NCBI GenBank assembly: GCA_045628965.1
Contig: JAZQQI010000006.1
Coordinates: 104,271 to 168,270, forward strand
Reading direction: 5' to 3'
From: Lachnospiraceae bacterium
GTDB lineage: Bacteria; Bacillota; Clostridia; Lachnospirales; Lachnospiraceae
Length of the DNA: 64,000 nt
Each line of letters starts with the position of its first letter. Positions within the stretch are counted from its first letter, which is position 1. The notes beneath the pieces were generated by a model. That model searched no databases. It had not been told where the DNA came from and saw only the letters and a program-made list of their open reading frames with translations. Positions 50,301 through 58,627 of this stretch are shown piece after piece. The position numbers and the translations under genes are program-made.

Positions 50301-50599
50301 GTCTTTTGGTTGAAGAGGCCGAAGACGGCCAGGTTGCTCTTTACAAGGTGCTTGAAAAAGGAGCGGATTATTACGATGCGATTCTTATGGATATACAAAT
50401 GCCGGTTATGGACGGTTATGAAGCAACACGTGAAATCAGAAAGAGATTTCCGGATGAACATATCCCGATAATTGCGTTGTCCGCAAATGCTTTCAACGAG
50501 GACAAAATAAAAGCTGTCGAGGCGGGCATGGACGATCATCAGTCAAAACCGATTGTTATTTCGCAATTGTTTGAAACGCTTAAAAAGTATATTAAATAA
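47375..50599 (+). CDS. Soluble hybrid histidine kinase/response regulator with tandem PAS-like repeats
   Basis: H-box FLFNMSHDIRTPMNAI; N/G boxes; receiver VEDN, LMDIQMP and KP; no TM segment. Confidence 0.93.
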   Translation: MSQLNSKASIDDILQKAKIGIWVVEQKDGGTIKMYADSQMCELIGIDENSEPDKVYSFWYDHIHPDHYEEVNQMIAQASEGRPTEVVYPYYHPTKGMITVRCSAVNVTMDNGLLRFEGTHQEVTTFSHLRKENKKIDELIKLLASDYLGFYYVNLDDESGVIVNIDDNVVDTQQNLSKSSSLREAFGRYIATAVHPEDRDKMRKALETENIRQKLKNDKSFTEVFRRNLNGEFFYCDMKVTKYEPLHDMPHNVSIGFTLANSERQEEIKLRKKLEQNLQIIDVLASEFEAVFYVNLETDEMSNYSHKKDSGRVVDKCFSSGIKYSEAYKLFLESKVLPEDVAMMTQRGSFENIVKELKSKKTYTTIYRSEHGGYAEMKFVKVGNEDENPKAVALGFADRDSEIRQKKEEEKRLKRNIDIMEILASEYSSVYYVDLTTDDIDTYTMNEETESEFGQIFRSGIKYTQAYQMYVDTLVYEEDREMMLKAGSLYNILNELGNKKTFITQYRSVGNGEPHYCEMKFVKVGEDENPNAVALGFSDKDEVIRTEKKNKETIERDMAVISGLSDDFGCVVYVDYNTYEEIHYRYEPKFEQNIPGWTKLNNFQERIELLINTIMHPDDRASFKEATRHDVVLESIKKDKVYFVNFRTLIGDEVTYYQAKFVRDDYSDTHLIAGFHNVDEETKREMNALQKAETASKAKSTFLFNMSHDIRTPMNAIMGFTDMAIKNIDNKDRTMESLRKVKSSSEYLLSLINDILDMSRIEADKMDLEETPHDLFQCGQDVLPMLRDLAEQKELRFTSDFLNITDRYVYLDYLRMNQALINLVSNAVKYTKEGGRVWFNVKQTKKPENGYAEYEFSVKDTGIGMSQEFIKTAFDTFSREKNSTISKQQGTGLGLAITKRIIEKMNGTITIESEQGVGSLFTVTVPFRIVENPKEVEEAQSKMSVEEVKLEGKRVLIVEDNELNREISVDILSDAGLLVEEAEDGQVALYKVLEKGADYYDAILMDIQMPVMDGYEATREIRKRFPDEHIPIIALSANAFNEDKIKAVEAGMDDHQSKPIVISQLFETLKKYIK

Positions 50600-50608
50600 G
50601 AGTGAATG

Positions 50609-50640
50609 AAAAAACCTCCGGGGAAAACGGAGGTTTTTTC
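50609..50640 (+). terminator. Intrinsic terminator
   Basis: AAAAAACCTCCG...CGGAGGTTTTTT. Confidence 0.85.
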
Positions 50641-50835
50641 TGTGTAAAAGGGGAATTCTTTCGGAATGATCTATTTGCATATATCAATTCGAACTACAAT
50701 TAGAATTATATTGATGAACACCCCTTAATAATACAAATATTTTGATTGAAAATAACAATATATTGCGCAATTGTGGCGACTTTTATTGCAAATACAATAT
50801 ATTGAAGACTTTTTGTTAATAAATGGCGGAAAAAC

Positions 50836-50900
50836 TGCGTAAAATAGTGAAGATATTGCGTAAAAGTAGAAGATTGCATAATAAGCAAGTATTGTATAAT
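50836..50900 (+). promoter_or_regulatory. TGCGTAA-N14-TGCGTAA direct repeat plus -10, upstream of hybrid kinase 2
   Basis: Repeats at 50836 and 50857; TATAAT at 50895. Confidence 0.65.
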
Positions 50901-50936
50901 TAAGAGTGGAAACGTGTATAAATTTGAGGGTTTGAA

Positions 50937-53372
50937 ATGTATAACGAGAATTTTACATACTCTAATTTCATAAATTATTTCCCCGGAATGGTAGTTGTAA
51001 AAGAGGCTGACACAGGACGTTTTATTGATTTTAACAATCGTTTTTTGGAACATTTCGGATTTACCGACAGACAGCAGTGTTATGGGAAGACGAATGAAGA
51101 ATTGTTTGATTTGCACCTTGCAAAAAAATTGAACGATTTGGATAAAAAAATTATTAATCGTGAATCTGAAGGCAGATATGTTCATGAAAGTACTATGCCC
51201 GGCGGTGAACATTTGGTTTTTGGAATTACCGGAAATAAATTTAAAGACGAAAACAACAAAGACCTCTTGGTGATTTTTGTTTATGATATTACAAAAGAGA
51301 TGACAAAAGTTTCCAAAATGGAAGGCGAACTTGAAAACGCAAAGTATTACACGGCTATTGCGGAATTGACGGAAGACTATGACAGCATCGATTATGTGGA
51401 TTTATACAGTCCGAAAGACGATAATGTTATCGTTTACCGAACGGAAAGCGCTTTTTCAGAAGTATTGCCCGAATGGCAGAAAGAAAAAAGCGGCGAACGC
51501 AGAATGGCAATAATGATAGAAAACATAGTTTATGAGCCGGACAAATACAGGGTTTACAAGGAAACTGCGATGGAACATGTTTTGCAGGTTCTTTCCGATC
51601 AAACGGCATACTATGTGAATTTCCGTGTAATTTTAAACGGAGAAATATCATATTATCAGATAAAGTATACGAGAAACCTTGATGATAGAGGCAATATAGT
51701 CGGCTTTATATGCGGAATACATAATATAAGCGAATGGGTACGCCAGGAAAGCGAAAAAGAAGAGCAACTTTCGATAATTGCTTCTATGTCGGATGATTTC
51801 GAATTTCTCGGAATAATCAATTCGGAAACAGACGAAATGACTGTATACAGAGCTTCGCAACGAATAAAAAATGTGATTTCGGATTTGGACAGCGAAACGA
51901 GTGAAATGGGAAAATATGTCACATATATAAAACGCTCGATATTGCCTGAAGAAGAGGAGTATTATTCCATTAAAGCGGATAAAGCTACGGTCATGGAAAA
52001 ATTGAAATACGCGTCTTCGTATAAATTTGATACAAGATTTGTCGTTGAGGGGGAAACGGTTCATTATCGAATCAAGTATACCAGAGGATTAAAAAATCCC
52101 AACATGGTTGTTGTAGGTCATTTGAATATCAACAATCAGATTCAAAAAGAAAATGCCATGCTCAGGATGGAAAGGGAGCTTGAGTATAAGAAAGAAATAG
52201 AAAAAGCCCGTGATACGGCCGAGGCTGCAAATAAGGCAAAATCGGAGTTTCTTTTTAATATGTCCCATGACATAAGAACACCGATGAACGCAATTACGGG
52301 ATTTACTTCAATCGCGAAAAAGCATATCGACAACAAGGATCGCGTTGAAGACTGTTTGAATAAGATTGATTCGTCGAGTGAGCATCTTTTGCGCCTGATA
52401 AACGAAATTCTCGATATGTCAAGAATTGAATCGGGAAATATCGTGATAGAAGAAAAGGCCGTGAGCATTCACGAACTTTTTGATATTTCGTATTCGATGT
52501 GCAATGAGATTGCCTTGGCTAAAGATATCAAACTGACTCTCGAAAAACGAGAAATATACGATGATAAGGTTTATGCCGACGAACTTCATGTAAATCAGAT
52601 TGTGATGAATGTTTTGTCGAATGCAATAAAATATACTGACAGAGGAGGTGTTGTTCGCTGCACGGTAAGACAGGAAGCAAGATTAAACAATGAATTTGCT
52701 CAATACAAAATCGTGGTGGATGATACCGGAATCGGAATGAGTCCGGAATTCCTCAAAACGATTTATGATGCTTTTTCAAGAGAAAGAAACAGTACGATAA
52801 GCGGTATTGAAGGAACGGGACTCGGAATGGCAATCGTCAAAAAACTTGTGGATTTGCTGGACGGTTCTATCAATATCAAATCGAAGGTGGGAGTGGGCAC
52901 AAGAGTTGAAATTACGCTTCCCTTCCGAATCGTCTCAGACGATATCGATAAAAAAGAACGGCTTGAATCTTTTAAGAGAAAGAGCCTTAGGGGAAAACGT
53001 GTTTTGCTTGTGGAAGATAACGAGCTTAATCGCGAAATAGCCAAAGATGTCCTCGAAGAAGAAGGAATGATAGTGGAAGAGGCAAATGACGGAGATGAGG
53101 CGGTAAGCCATATCAAGGATAAAATGTTGGAAAATCCATTTTATTTTGACTTTGTACTTATGGATATTCAGATGCCTAAAATGGACGGATATGAAGCCGC
53201 CAAACAGATTCGCCGTCTCCCTATGTCGAGATACGTACATGTGCCGATTATTGCAATGACTGCCAATGCATTTGAGGAAGACAGAAAAAGGGCTATGGCG
53301 GCGGGAATGGATGCACACCTTGCAAAACCTGTCGATATAGAGGTACTTCTTGATACACTAAGCAGATTTTAG
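50937..53372 (+). CDS. Soluble hybrid histidine kinase/response regulator with PAS domains
   Basis: N-terminal PAS (FIDFNNRFLEHFG); SHDIRTPMNAI; GTGLGM; receiver LMDIQMP. Confidence 0.93.
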   Translation: MYNENFTYSNFINYFPGMVVVKEADTGRFIDFNNRFLEHFGFTDRQQCYGKTNEELFDLHLAKKLNDLDKKIINRESEGRYVHESTMPGGEHLVFGITGNKFKDENNKDLLVIFVYDITKEMTKVSKMEGELENAKYYTAIAELTEDYDSIDYVDLYSPKDDNVIVYRTESAFSEVLPEWQKEKSGERRMAIMIENIVYEPDKYRVYKETAMEHVLQVLSDQTAYYVNFRVILNGEISYYQIKYTRNLDDRGNIVGFICGIHNISEWVRQESEKEEQLSIIASMSDDFEFLGIINSETDEMTVYRASQRIKNVISDLDSETSEMGKYVTYIKRSILPEEEEYYSIKADKATVMEKLKYASSYKFDTRFVVEGETVHYRIKYTRGLKNPNMVVVGHLNINNQIQKENAMLRMERELEYKKEIEKARDTAEAANKAKSEFLFNMSHDIRTPMNAITGFTSIAKKHIDNKDRVEDCLNKIDSSSEHLLRLINEILDMSRIESGNIVIEEKAVSIHELFDISYSMCNEIALAKDIKLTLEKREIYDDKVYADELHVNQIVMNVLSNAIKYTDRGGVVRCTVRQEARLNNEFAQYKIVVDDTGIGMSPEFLKTIYDAFSRERNSTISGIEGTGLGMAIVKKLVDLLDGSINIKSKVGVGTRVEITLPFRIVSDDIDKKERLESFKRKSLRGKRVLLVEDNELNREIAKDVLEEEGMIVEEANDGDEAVSHIKDKMLENPFYFDFVLMDIQMPKMDGYEAAKQIRRLPMSRYVHVPIIAMTANAFEEDRKRAMAAGMDAHLAKPVDIEVLLDTLSRF

Positions 53373-53475
53373 GGAAGATTGCAAAAATTGAACAGGCTGT
53401 TTATAATTAATAAAGAATAACACAAAGTCGGGGCCAAAATAATATTGACCCCGGCGTTTATTTGTAAAAAGGAAT

Positions 53476-54234
53476 ATGGAAGAAATGATGGATTTGAAGG
53501 TGTACGGAACAGGCGAATACGAAGAAAAAGCCGCAAAACTTGCAAAGAGGCTTGATGCAGAGTTTGTTTCTTATATAGGCGATGACGAAAAGACAGGCCT
53601 TTTTGTATCAGAGAAGGGAGTATCGCTTCTTGGAGACGGTATGGAACTTCAGGCAAGTTTTGACGAAATGCTTCCGAGATTAAAACAGTCCAATCTCGAA
53701 AAGGAGATGCTTGTTAAGGCATTCAAAATAAAAGGCAAAAAGAACCTTCGAATTATAGATGCGACCGCGGGTTTCGGCGAGGATTCGATAATTCTTGCGG
53801 CAGCAGGACACGATATTACAATGTATGAATATAATCCGGTAATTTACGAACTTTTGTCGGATGCACTTATTCGTGCGAAGGATGATCTAAGATTGAAGGA
53901 TATAGTATCGAGGATGACTCTTTATAACGAAGACAGTGTTGTAGCCATGAGACGTATGAGCGAAACGGGGGAGAGTTTTGATGCGATTCTTCTCGATCCG
54001 ATGTTTCCAAAAAGACAAAAGAGCGCTTCCGTAAAAAAGAAGTTTCAGCTTCTTCACGGGTTGGAATCTCCCTGCTCGAATGAAGAAGAACTTTTTGATG
54101 CGGCAATGTCTATGAAAACAAAAAAAGTCATAATAAAAAGACCTCAAAAGGGAGAATATCTGGCAGGGAAAAAACCGGATTATTTTGTTGAAGGCAAGGC
54201 AATCAGGTATGATTGTTACATCGGAAAGGTTTAG
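53476..54234 (+). CDS. rsmJ: SAM-dependent methyltransferase, RsmJ-like (16S rRNA m2G1516)
   Basis: IIDATAGFGEDS, LLDPMFP..QKSASVKK, VIIKRP and IRYDCY. Confidence 0.75.
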   Translation: MEEMMDLKVYGTGEYEEKAAKLAKRLDAEFVSYIGDDEKTGLFVSEKGVSLLGDGMELQASFDEMLPRLKQSNLEKEMLVKAFKIKGKKNLRIIDATAGFGEDSIILAAAGHDITMYEYNPVIYELLSDALIRAKDDLRLKDIVSRMTLYNEDSVVAMRRMSETGESFDAILLDPMFPKRQKSASVKKKFQLLHGLESPCSNEEELFDAAMSMKTKKVIIKRPQKGEYLAGKKPDYFVEGKAIRYDCYIGKV

Positions 54235-54258
54235 AAAAAAACATGTATATTTTCAAAT

Positions 54259-54300
54259 AAAAACGGGAAAGAGCAATTAAACGCTCTTCCCCGTTTTTTG
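54259..54300. terminator. Bidirectional terminator
   Basis: AAAAACGGGAAAGAGC...GCTCTTCCCCGTTTTTT between convergent genes. Confidence 0.75.
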
Positions 54301-54329
54301 AAGAATAAATACAAAGAGGATTTATAAGC

Positions 54330-56378
54330 TTACATTTTGAAGAAACTTACTGCTTCCGACATATCGTCATTGACTTCGCGCATTTTGACTGTCGAACCCT
54401 GGGTATCGTTGCATGAAACGGATACGGACTGACAGGAAGCGGCAACTTCTTCTGCCGAGGCACCAAGTTCTTCGGAAATTGCTCCAAGATCTGTGGTAGA
54501 TCTGAAAATCTCTTCCTTAATGCTTTCGAGAGATACTGCCATGCTCTTTAGTGTTTTGATTTCCTCAATCGAGGTCTCAACGGAATCCGAAAGAATATTG
54601 AATTTCTTTATGGCTTCGCGAATATCGTTCTGCTCATTGGTTATTACTTCATATACACGATCGGATATTTCGACTGTAACATTCGAAAGATGAATTACGT
54701 TTCCTATAATATCTTTAATTTCTTTTGCTGACTGTGCAGACGAATCTGCAAGAGATCTGATTTCGTCGGCAACAACGGCAAATCCGCGACCTGCTTCTCC
54801 GGCACGGGCTGCTTCGATTGAAGCATTGAGCGAAAGAAGATTGGTTTGAGCCGCGATGGATTCGATGGCTTTGAGAACGGTTTCGATTTCGTCGACTGCG
54901 GAATTTGTTTCTCTGATTTTCTGTTTTATGTTTTCCATTGCCTCAACAGATTCGTTTGAGCCTTCGTAAACCGAATTCATGCAACGGTTTGCTTCGTTGT
55001 TGGCATCTTTTATGGCTTCGGATGCACCGGTAAGCATTGTGATATTTCCGTTTATTGCTTCGACGTTTTCGCCGAGTTCGGATGCTTTTTCTGTCATAAT
55101 CTGTGCGTTTTCGGCAACGTGTTGTGAGGTTGCCGCAACTTCATCAATGGCGGAACTGATTTGATTAATCGAATCAACGTTGCTTCCTGTCATCCGATCA
55201 ACATTCATGATGGCATAACTTAATTCGGAAGCGGAATTCTGAACGCTTCCTATGGCAACGGTCAAAGCGTCCTTAAGCGTATCAAAAGCCAAAATTATGG
55301 CTGCGGTTTCTTTTATTTTGGAATGAGCGTTACAGGAAACCGATACATCGCCGGTACTTAACTTTTCGAGGTCTTTGGCCACGATTGAAAGCGGTTTTGC
55401 AAAACGTGAAGAAAGATACAGCGAAAATGCACCTGAAAGAAGAATGCACACAATACATATTATTATGGTAATTTTGGCAACATTTGAAATGCCGGACATA
55501 ACATCGTCTTTATCGGCGGTAAGAACGGCAATGTAATGCGAACCTTCACCGATGTAGTACGCTGCAAGTTTTTCGGCTCCTTTGTATTTGTATGTGACAC
55601 AGGCGGGAGAAGGTTTTTCACCTTTTGAAAGTTTTTCAACAAGACCTTTTACGGCTTCATTTTCCACGGGATTTCCGATTTTTGAAGATTCCGGATGGTA
55701 AAGCATTGTGCCCTCGTCATCTACGAAATAAACGTAAGCTGAACTGAGGCCGAGACCCGAAACATCGGAATATTTGGCTGCAAAATGATCTATGTATGTT
55801 CCGGCGCCAACATAACCGATGGGATTGTCGTGCGAATCAAAAATCGGAACGTAGAAAGACATGATAATGTCGCCTGATGCGGGACTTACCATTGTTCCGG
55901 TATTATAAAAACCGTCGGACGAAAGCATTGCGTCCTGAAGTTCTTTCAGACTCTCACCTTCACGTAATTTTACGCCGACCATGGACTTGTTGGGATGCGC
56001 CAAAACTGTTGAGTCCCAAGAAGCAAGATATATTCCTTCAAAACCTTCGAGTTCGTCGAAATAATCAAGCGTATATTGCTCAACTTTAGCTGCCGTAATG
56101 GCATTTTCACTGTCGAGAATAGCCTGTTCGATTATTGCCGCTTTGGAGTATGCTTCCATAACGACTCTTGAAGTGTGAATTGATTCGTCAAAAGCCTGTC
56201 CGCTTCCTTCTATAATCGTAACGAGAGAATTGCAAGTTGTTTCGTTAAGTTCCGCGGTGCTGTTTTGAATCAAAAGAAGGCTGATAATGACTACGGAAAT
56301 AATCATGGGAACGGTAGAAAGTAAAATAAGAGCGAATTTCATACCGAGTTTTGAACCGAGAGTTTTGTTGTTGACCAT
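54330..56378 (-). CDS. Methyl-accepting chemotaxis protein with an extracellular Cache domain
   Basis: Two TM segments; [31 protein letters not shown]. Confidence 0.95.
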   Translation of the reverse strand: MVNNKTLGSKLGMKFALILLSTVPMIISVVIISLLLIQNSTAELNETTCNSLVTIIEGSGQAFDESIHTSRVVMEAYSKAAIIEQAILDSENAITAAKVEQYTLDYFDELEGFEGIYLASWDSTVLAHPNKSMVGVKLREGESLKELQDAMLSSDGFYNTGTMVSPASGDIIMSFYVPIFDSHDNPIGYVGAGTYIDHFAAKYSDVSGLGLSSAYVYFVDDEGTMLYHPESSKIGNPVENEAVKGLVEKLSKGEKPSPACVTYKYKGAEKLAAYYIGEGSHYIAVLTADKDDVMSGISNVAKITIIICIVCILLSGAFSLYLSSRFAKPLSIVAKDLEKLSTGDVSVSCNAHSKIKETAAIILAFDTLKDALTVAIGSVQNSASELSYAIMNVDRMTGSNVDSINQISSAIDEVAATSQHVAENAQIMTEKASELGENVEAINGNITMLTGASEAIKDANNEANRCMNSVYEGSNESVEAMENIKQKIRETNSAVDEIETVLKAIESIAAQTNLLSLNASIEAARAGEAGRGFAVVADEIRSLADSSAQSAKEIKDIIGNVIHLSNVTVEISDRVYEVITNEQNDIREAIKKFNILSDSVETSIEEIKTLKSMAVSLESIKEEIFRSTTDLGAISEELGASAEEVAASCQSVSVSCNDTQGSTVKMREVNDDMSEAVSFFKM

Positions 56379-56599
56379 AAGCTTTCACCCCCTGAGAAAA
56401 AATAAGACAATCGAGAATGGTTGTCGTTAATGAATATTTGTAACCTTTTATAACAATATAACCCACAAACGATAGTTTGTACACGAATTTCACACTTTTT
56501 TCATTGTTTTGGTGGACAAAAAGTGCCAAAAAGGTGTCCGTTATTTGTCACATTGCGAAATAAGTTGATAAAATGCGTTTGTTTTGCTAAAATAAGTAT

Positions 56600-56738
56600 C
56601 GTTTCGGGAAAAAGGAACAATGTGAAAATCATTGACAGCTTACTCTGAGGTAAGGCGGAGAGATGCTTCATTCAGCCATTGCGAAAGTGAGAAGGCGAAG
56701 CAAATCTGAGAAACCAAGTCCTAAGACTTCCCCGATTC
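56600..56738 (+). ncRNA. Cobalamin riboswitch
   Basis: Terminal TCGGGA/TCCCGA pairing; AAAAAGGAA, GTGAAAATC, GCCATTG...GAGAAGGC (B12-box-like) and AAGTC..AAGAC; precedes DUF4430 and ECF-S genes. Confidence 0.8.
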
Positions 56739-56773
56739 AGATTATGTTTCTTTGGTAAGAAAGGAGATTAATT

Positions 56774-57172
56774 ATGTCAAAGAAAGCCAAAATCATTTTG
56801 GTGTCTGTTTTTGCGGCGCTTATTCTTGCCGCAATGAGTGTGGTTTTAATTTTTTATGTGCAAAAACCAAACGCAGGCACAAAGCAATTCACTGTTTCGG
56901 TTGTAAGCGAGAGAGACGGTTACAGCTATCAAAAAGAGGTCAAATCAGACCTGGATTCACTCGGAGATTATTTGAGAACATGGGACAAATGTTCGTGGGA
57001 GGATTCCTCGTACGGAATTTATGTTCACGGCTTCGACGGTTACATGGATGACTCGGACAATCAGTATTGGTGGAATGTGTCCGTGAACGGAGAATCTGCG
57101 GTAACGGGTTGTGATGAAATCATGCTCACCGACGGCGACGTTTATGAGTTTATTCTGATGCAGGGGTGGTAG
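56774..57172 (+). CDS. DUF4430 (transcobalamin-C-domain-like) membrane-anchored protein
   Basis: N-terminal TM; YGIYVHGFDG...YWWNVSVNGESAVTGCDEIMLTDGDVYEF. Confidence 0.8.
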   Translation: MSKKAKIILVSVFAALILAAMSVVLIFYVQKPNAGTKQFTVSVVSERDGYSYQKEVKSDLDSLGDYLRTWDKCSWEDSSYGIYVHGFDGYMDDSDNQYWWNVSVNGESAVTGCDEIMLTDGDVYEFILMQGW

Positions 57173-57673
57173 ATGCCGGTCAAAACAATTACAAGGATAG
57201 CACTTATGAGTGCGCTCCTTTACGTGTCAAAATTTGCGCTTGACGCCATACCGAACGTGGAACTTGTTTCTTTTCTTCTTATCATATATACGATTGTTTT
57301 TGGAAAAGAAACGTTTATTGTCGCAACGGTTTTTAACCTTTTTCAGTTTATTCAGTGGGGAGCGGGCGACTGGCTTATCATGTATTTGTACATATGGCCG
57401 CTTCTTGTTCTCGTAACACTTCTTTTAAAAAAGATTGTGAAGGAAGAATTCTTGATTTGGGCCGTTGTTTCGGGAGCGTTCGGACTTGCGTTCGGACTTC
57501 TTTGTACGCCGGTGTATCTTGTTGAGGTCGGACCGACAACCGCTTTGGCAAAATGGGTTTCGGGACTTGTGTTCGACATACCTCACGGCATATTCAACTT
57601 TTTGATTATGCTTGTACTCGGAAAGCCCATGTACAAACTTTTGAAAAAATTAAAAATTGCATATGAAAAGTAA
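57173..57673 (+). CDS. ECF transporter S component (CbrT-like, cobalamin)
   Basis: IALMSALL, IPNVELVSFLLI and DIPHGIFN; ~5-6 TM segments; downstream of a B12 riboswitch. Confidence 0.8.
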   Translation: MPVKTITRIALMSALLYVSKFALDAIPNVELVSFLLIIYTIVFGKETFIVATVFNLFQFIQWGAGDWLIMYLYIWPLLVLVTLLLKKIVKEEFLIWAVVSGAFGLAFGLLCTPVYLVEVGPTTALAKWVSGLVFDIPHGIFNFLIMLVLGKPMYKLLKKLKIAYEK

Positions 57674-57679
57674 TTTATG

Positions 57680-57718
57680 CGAAAGTGTACCGGTGTTTCG
57701 GTACACTTTCGTTTTTTT
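57680..57718 (+). terminator. Intrinsic terminator
   Basis: GAAAGTGTACCG...CGGTACACTTTC plus T-run. Confidence 0.85.
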
Positions 57719-57733
57719 GTGGGGCAGAAAATC

Positions 57734-57902
57734 AATTTACAACAGAAATGAAAAAAATAACAGGATATGTTGTAATTTGGCTTGCGGTCGGAGAATAAAT
57801 TACAACAACAGTCGAAAATACGCGAGATATGTTGTAATTTGCGCCGGGTGTAGAGGGGATAATTACAGCAATAGGGCTGATTATTGCAAATATGTTGTAA
57901 TT
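57734..57902. repeat. Array B: 3 x 62-63-bp units, TTACA(A/G)CA-N22/23-TGTTGTAA (same family as array A)
   Basis: Left arms at 57737, 57800, 57863; right arms at 57768, 57830, 57893. Confidence 0.88.
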
Positions 57903-57996
57903 CATAAGAATAAGTGCAGGAAACTTGTTATATTGATATTTTCAAGGGAACAGAATATAATTCTTATTGAGAAAAGTTCCCAATAAGGTGGCTGAA

Positions 57997-58416
57997 ATGG
58001 AAAAAAGAAACACTGTTCAAAAAGAATTGGTATATAACGCCGTTTTGAGTTTTAAAGGGCATGTTACCGCCGAGGATGTGTATCAATATATTAAGGTGAA
58101 AAAGCCGAACATCGGTCGTGGAACCGTTTACAGAAATCTTAACACTTTGGCAGACGAAGGTGCCATAAGAAGAGTTGAGATTCCAAACGGACCGGATCGT
58201 TTTGATTTTACGCTCGAAAATCACTACCACGTTCAGTGCGTTAAATGCGGTCAGGTATTTGACGTTGACATGGATGAAATTTCCGATATGGAAAAAAGGA
58301 TAAAAGATAAGCATGGAATGAATTTTTTATCATACGATCTTCTGTTTAAAGGAATATGCGAAAAATGCGAGCAAGAGGAGATGAATAATGCGGGAGCGGG
58401 TTCTAAGGCAAATTAG
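57997..58416 (+). CDS. Fur/PerR-family transcriptional regulator
   Basis: HVTAEDVY, TVYRNL, HYHVQCVKCG and CEKC. Confidence 0.92.
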   Translation: MEKRNTVQKELVYNAVLSFKGHVTAEDVYQYIKVKKPNIGRGTVYRNLNTLADEGAIRRVEIPNGPDRFDFTLENHYHVQCVKCGQVFDVDMDEISDMEKRIKDKHGMNFLSYDLLFKGICEKCEQEEMNNAGAGSKAN

Positions 58417-58470
58417 TATAAGACACATTTTTTCTTCTTGCAAAAAAATGAAAAATAAAAGATAATTAAT

Positions 58471-58574
58471 CTTAGCGTAAGGGGTGGAGACTGTCATGCA
58501 ATTGCGAATGCATTGCATTTATGCTGAGTGTTAGTCTGTTATGGGAGACCCGTTTCCGCGTGTCTCCCTTCTTT
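58471..58574 (+). promoter_or_regulatory. Candidate structured 5' leader with a terminator (unassigned riboswitch-like element)
   Basis: 58471-80 pairs with 58519-28; inner hairpin 58496-58518; terminator GGGAGAC/GTCTCCC plus TTCTTT. Confidence 0.45.
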
Positions 58575-58627
58575 ATGCAAAAAAGAATTAAGACATTATA
58601 TTCCCTAAGTTTGGAATATTCGGAGGT

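Noticed and set aside
57657-57986. 109-aa ORF with repeated NY(N/S)N...YVVI
   Set aside because: It crosses a terminator, and the peptide repeat simply reflects the 63-bp period of array B.
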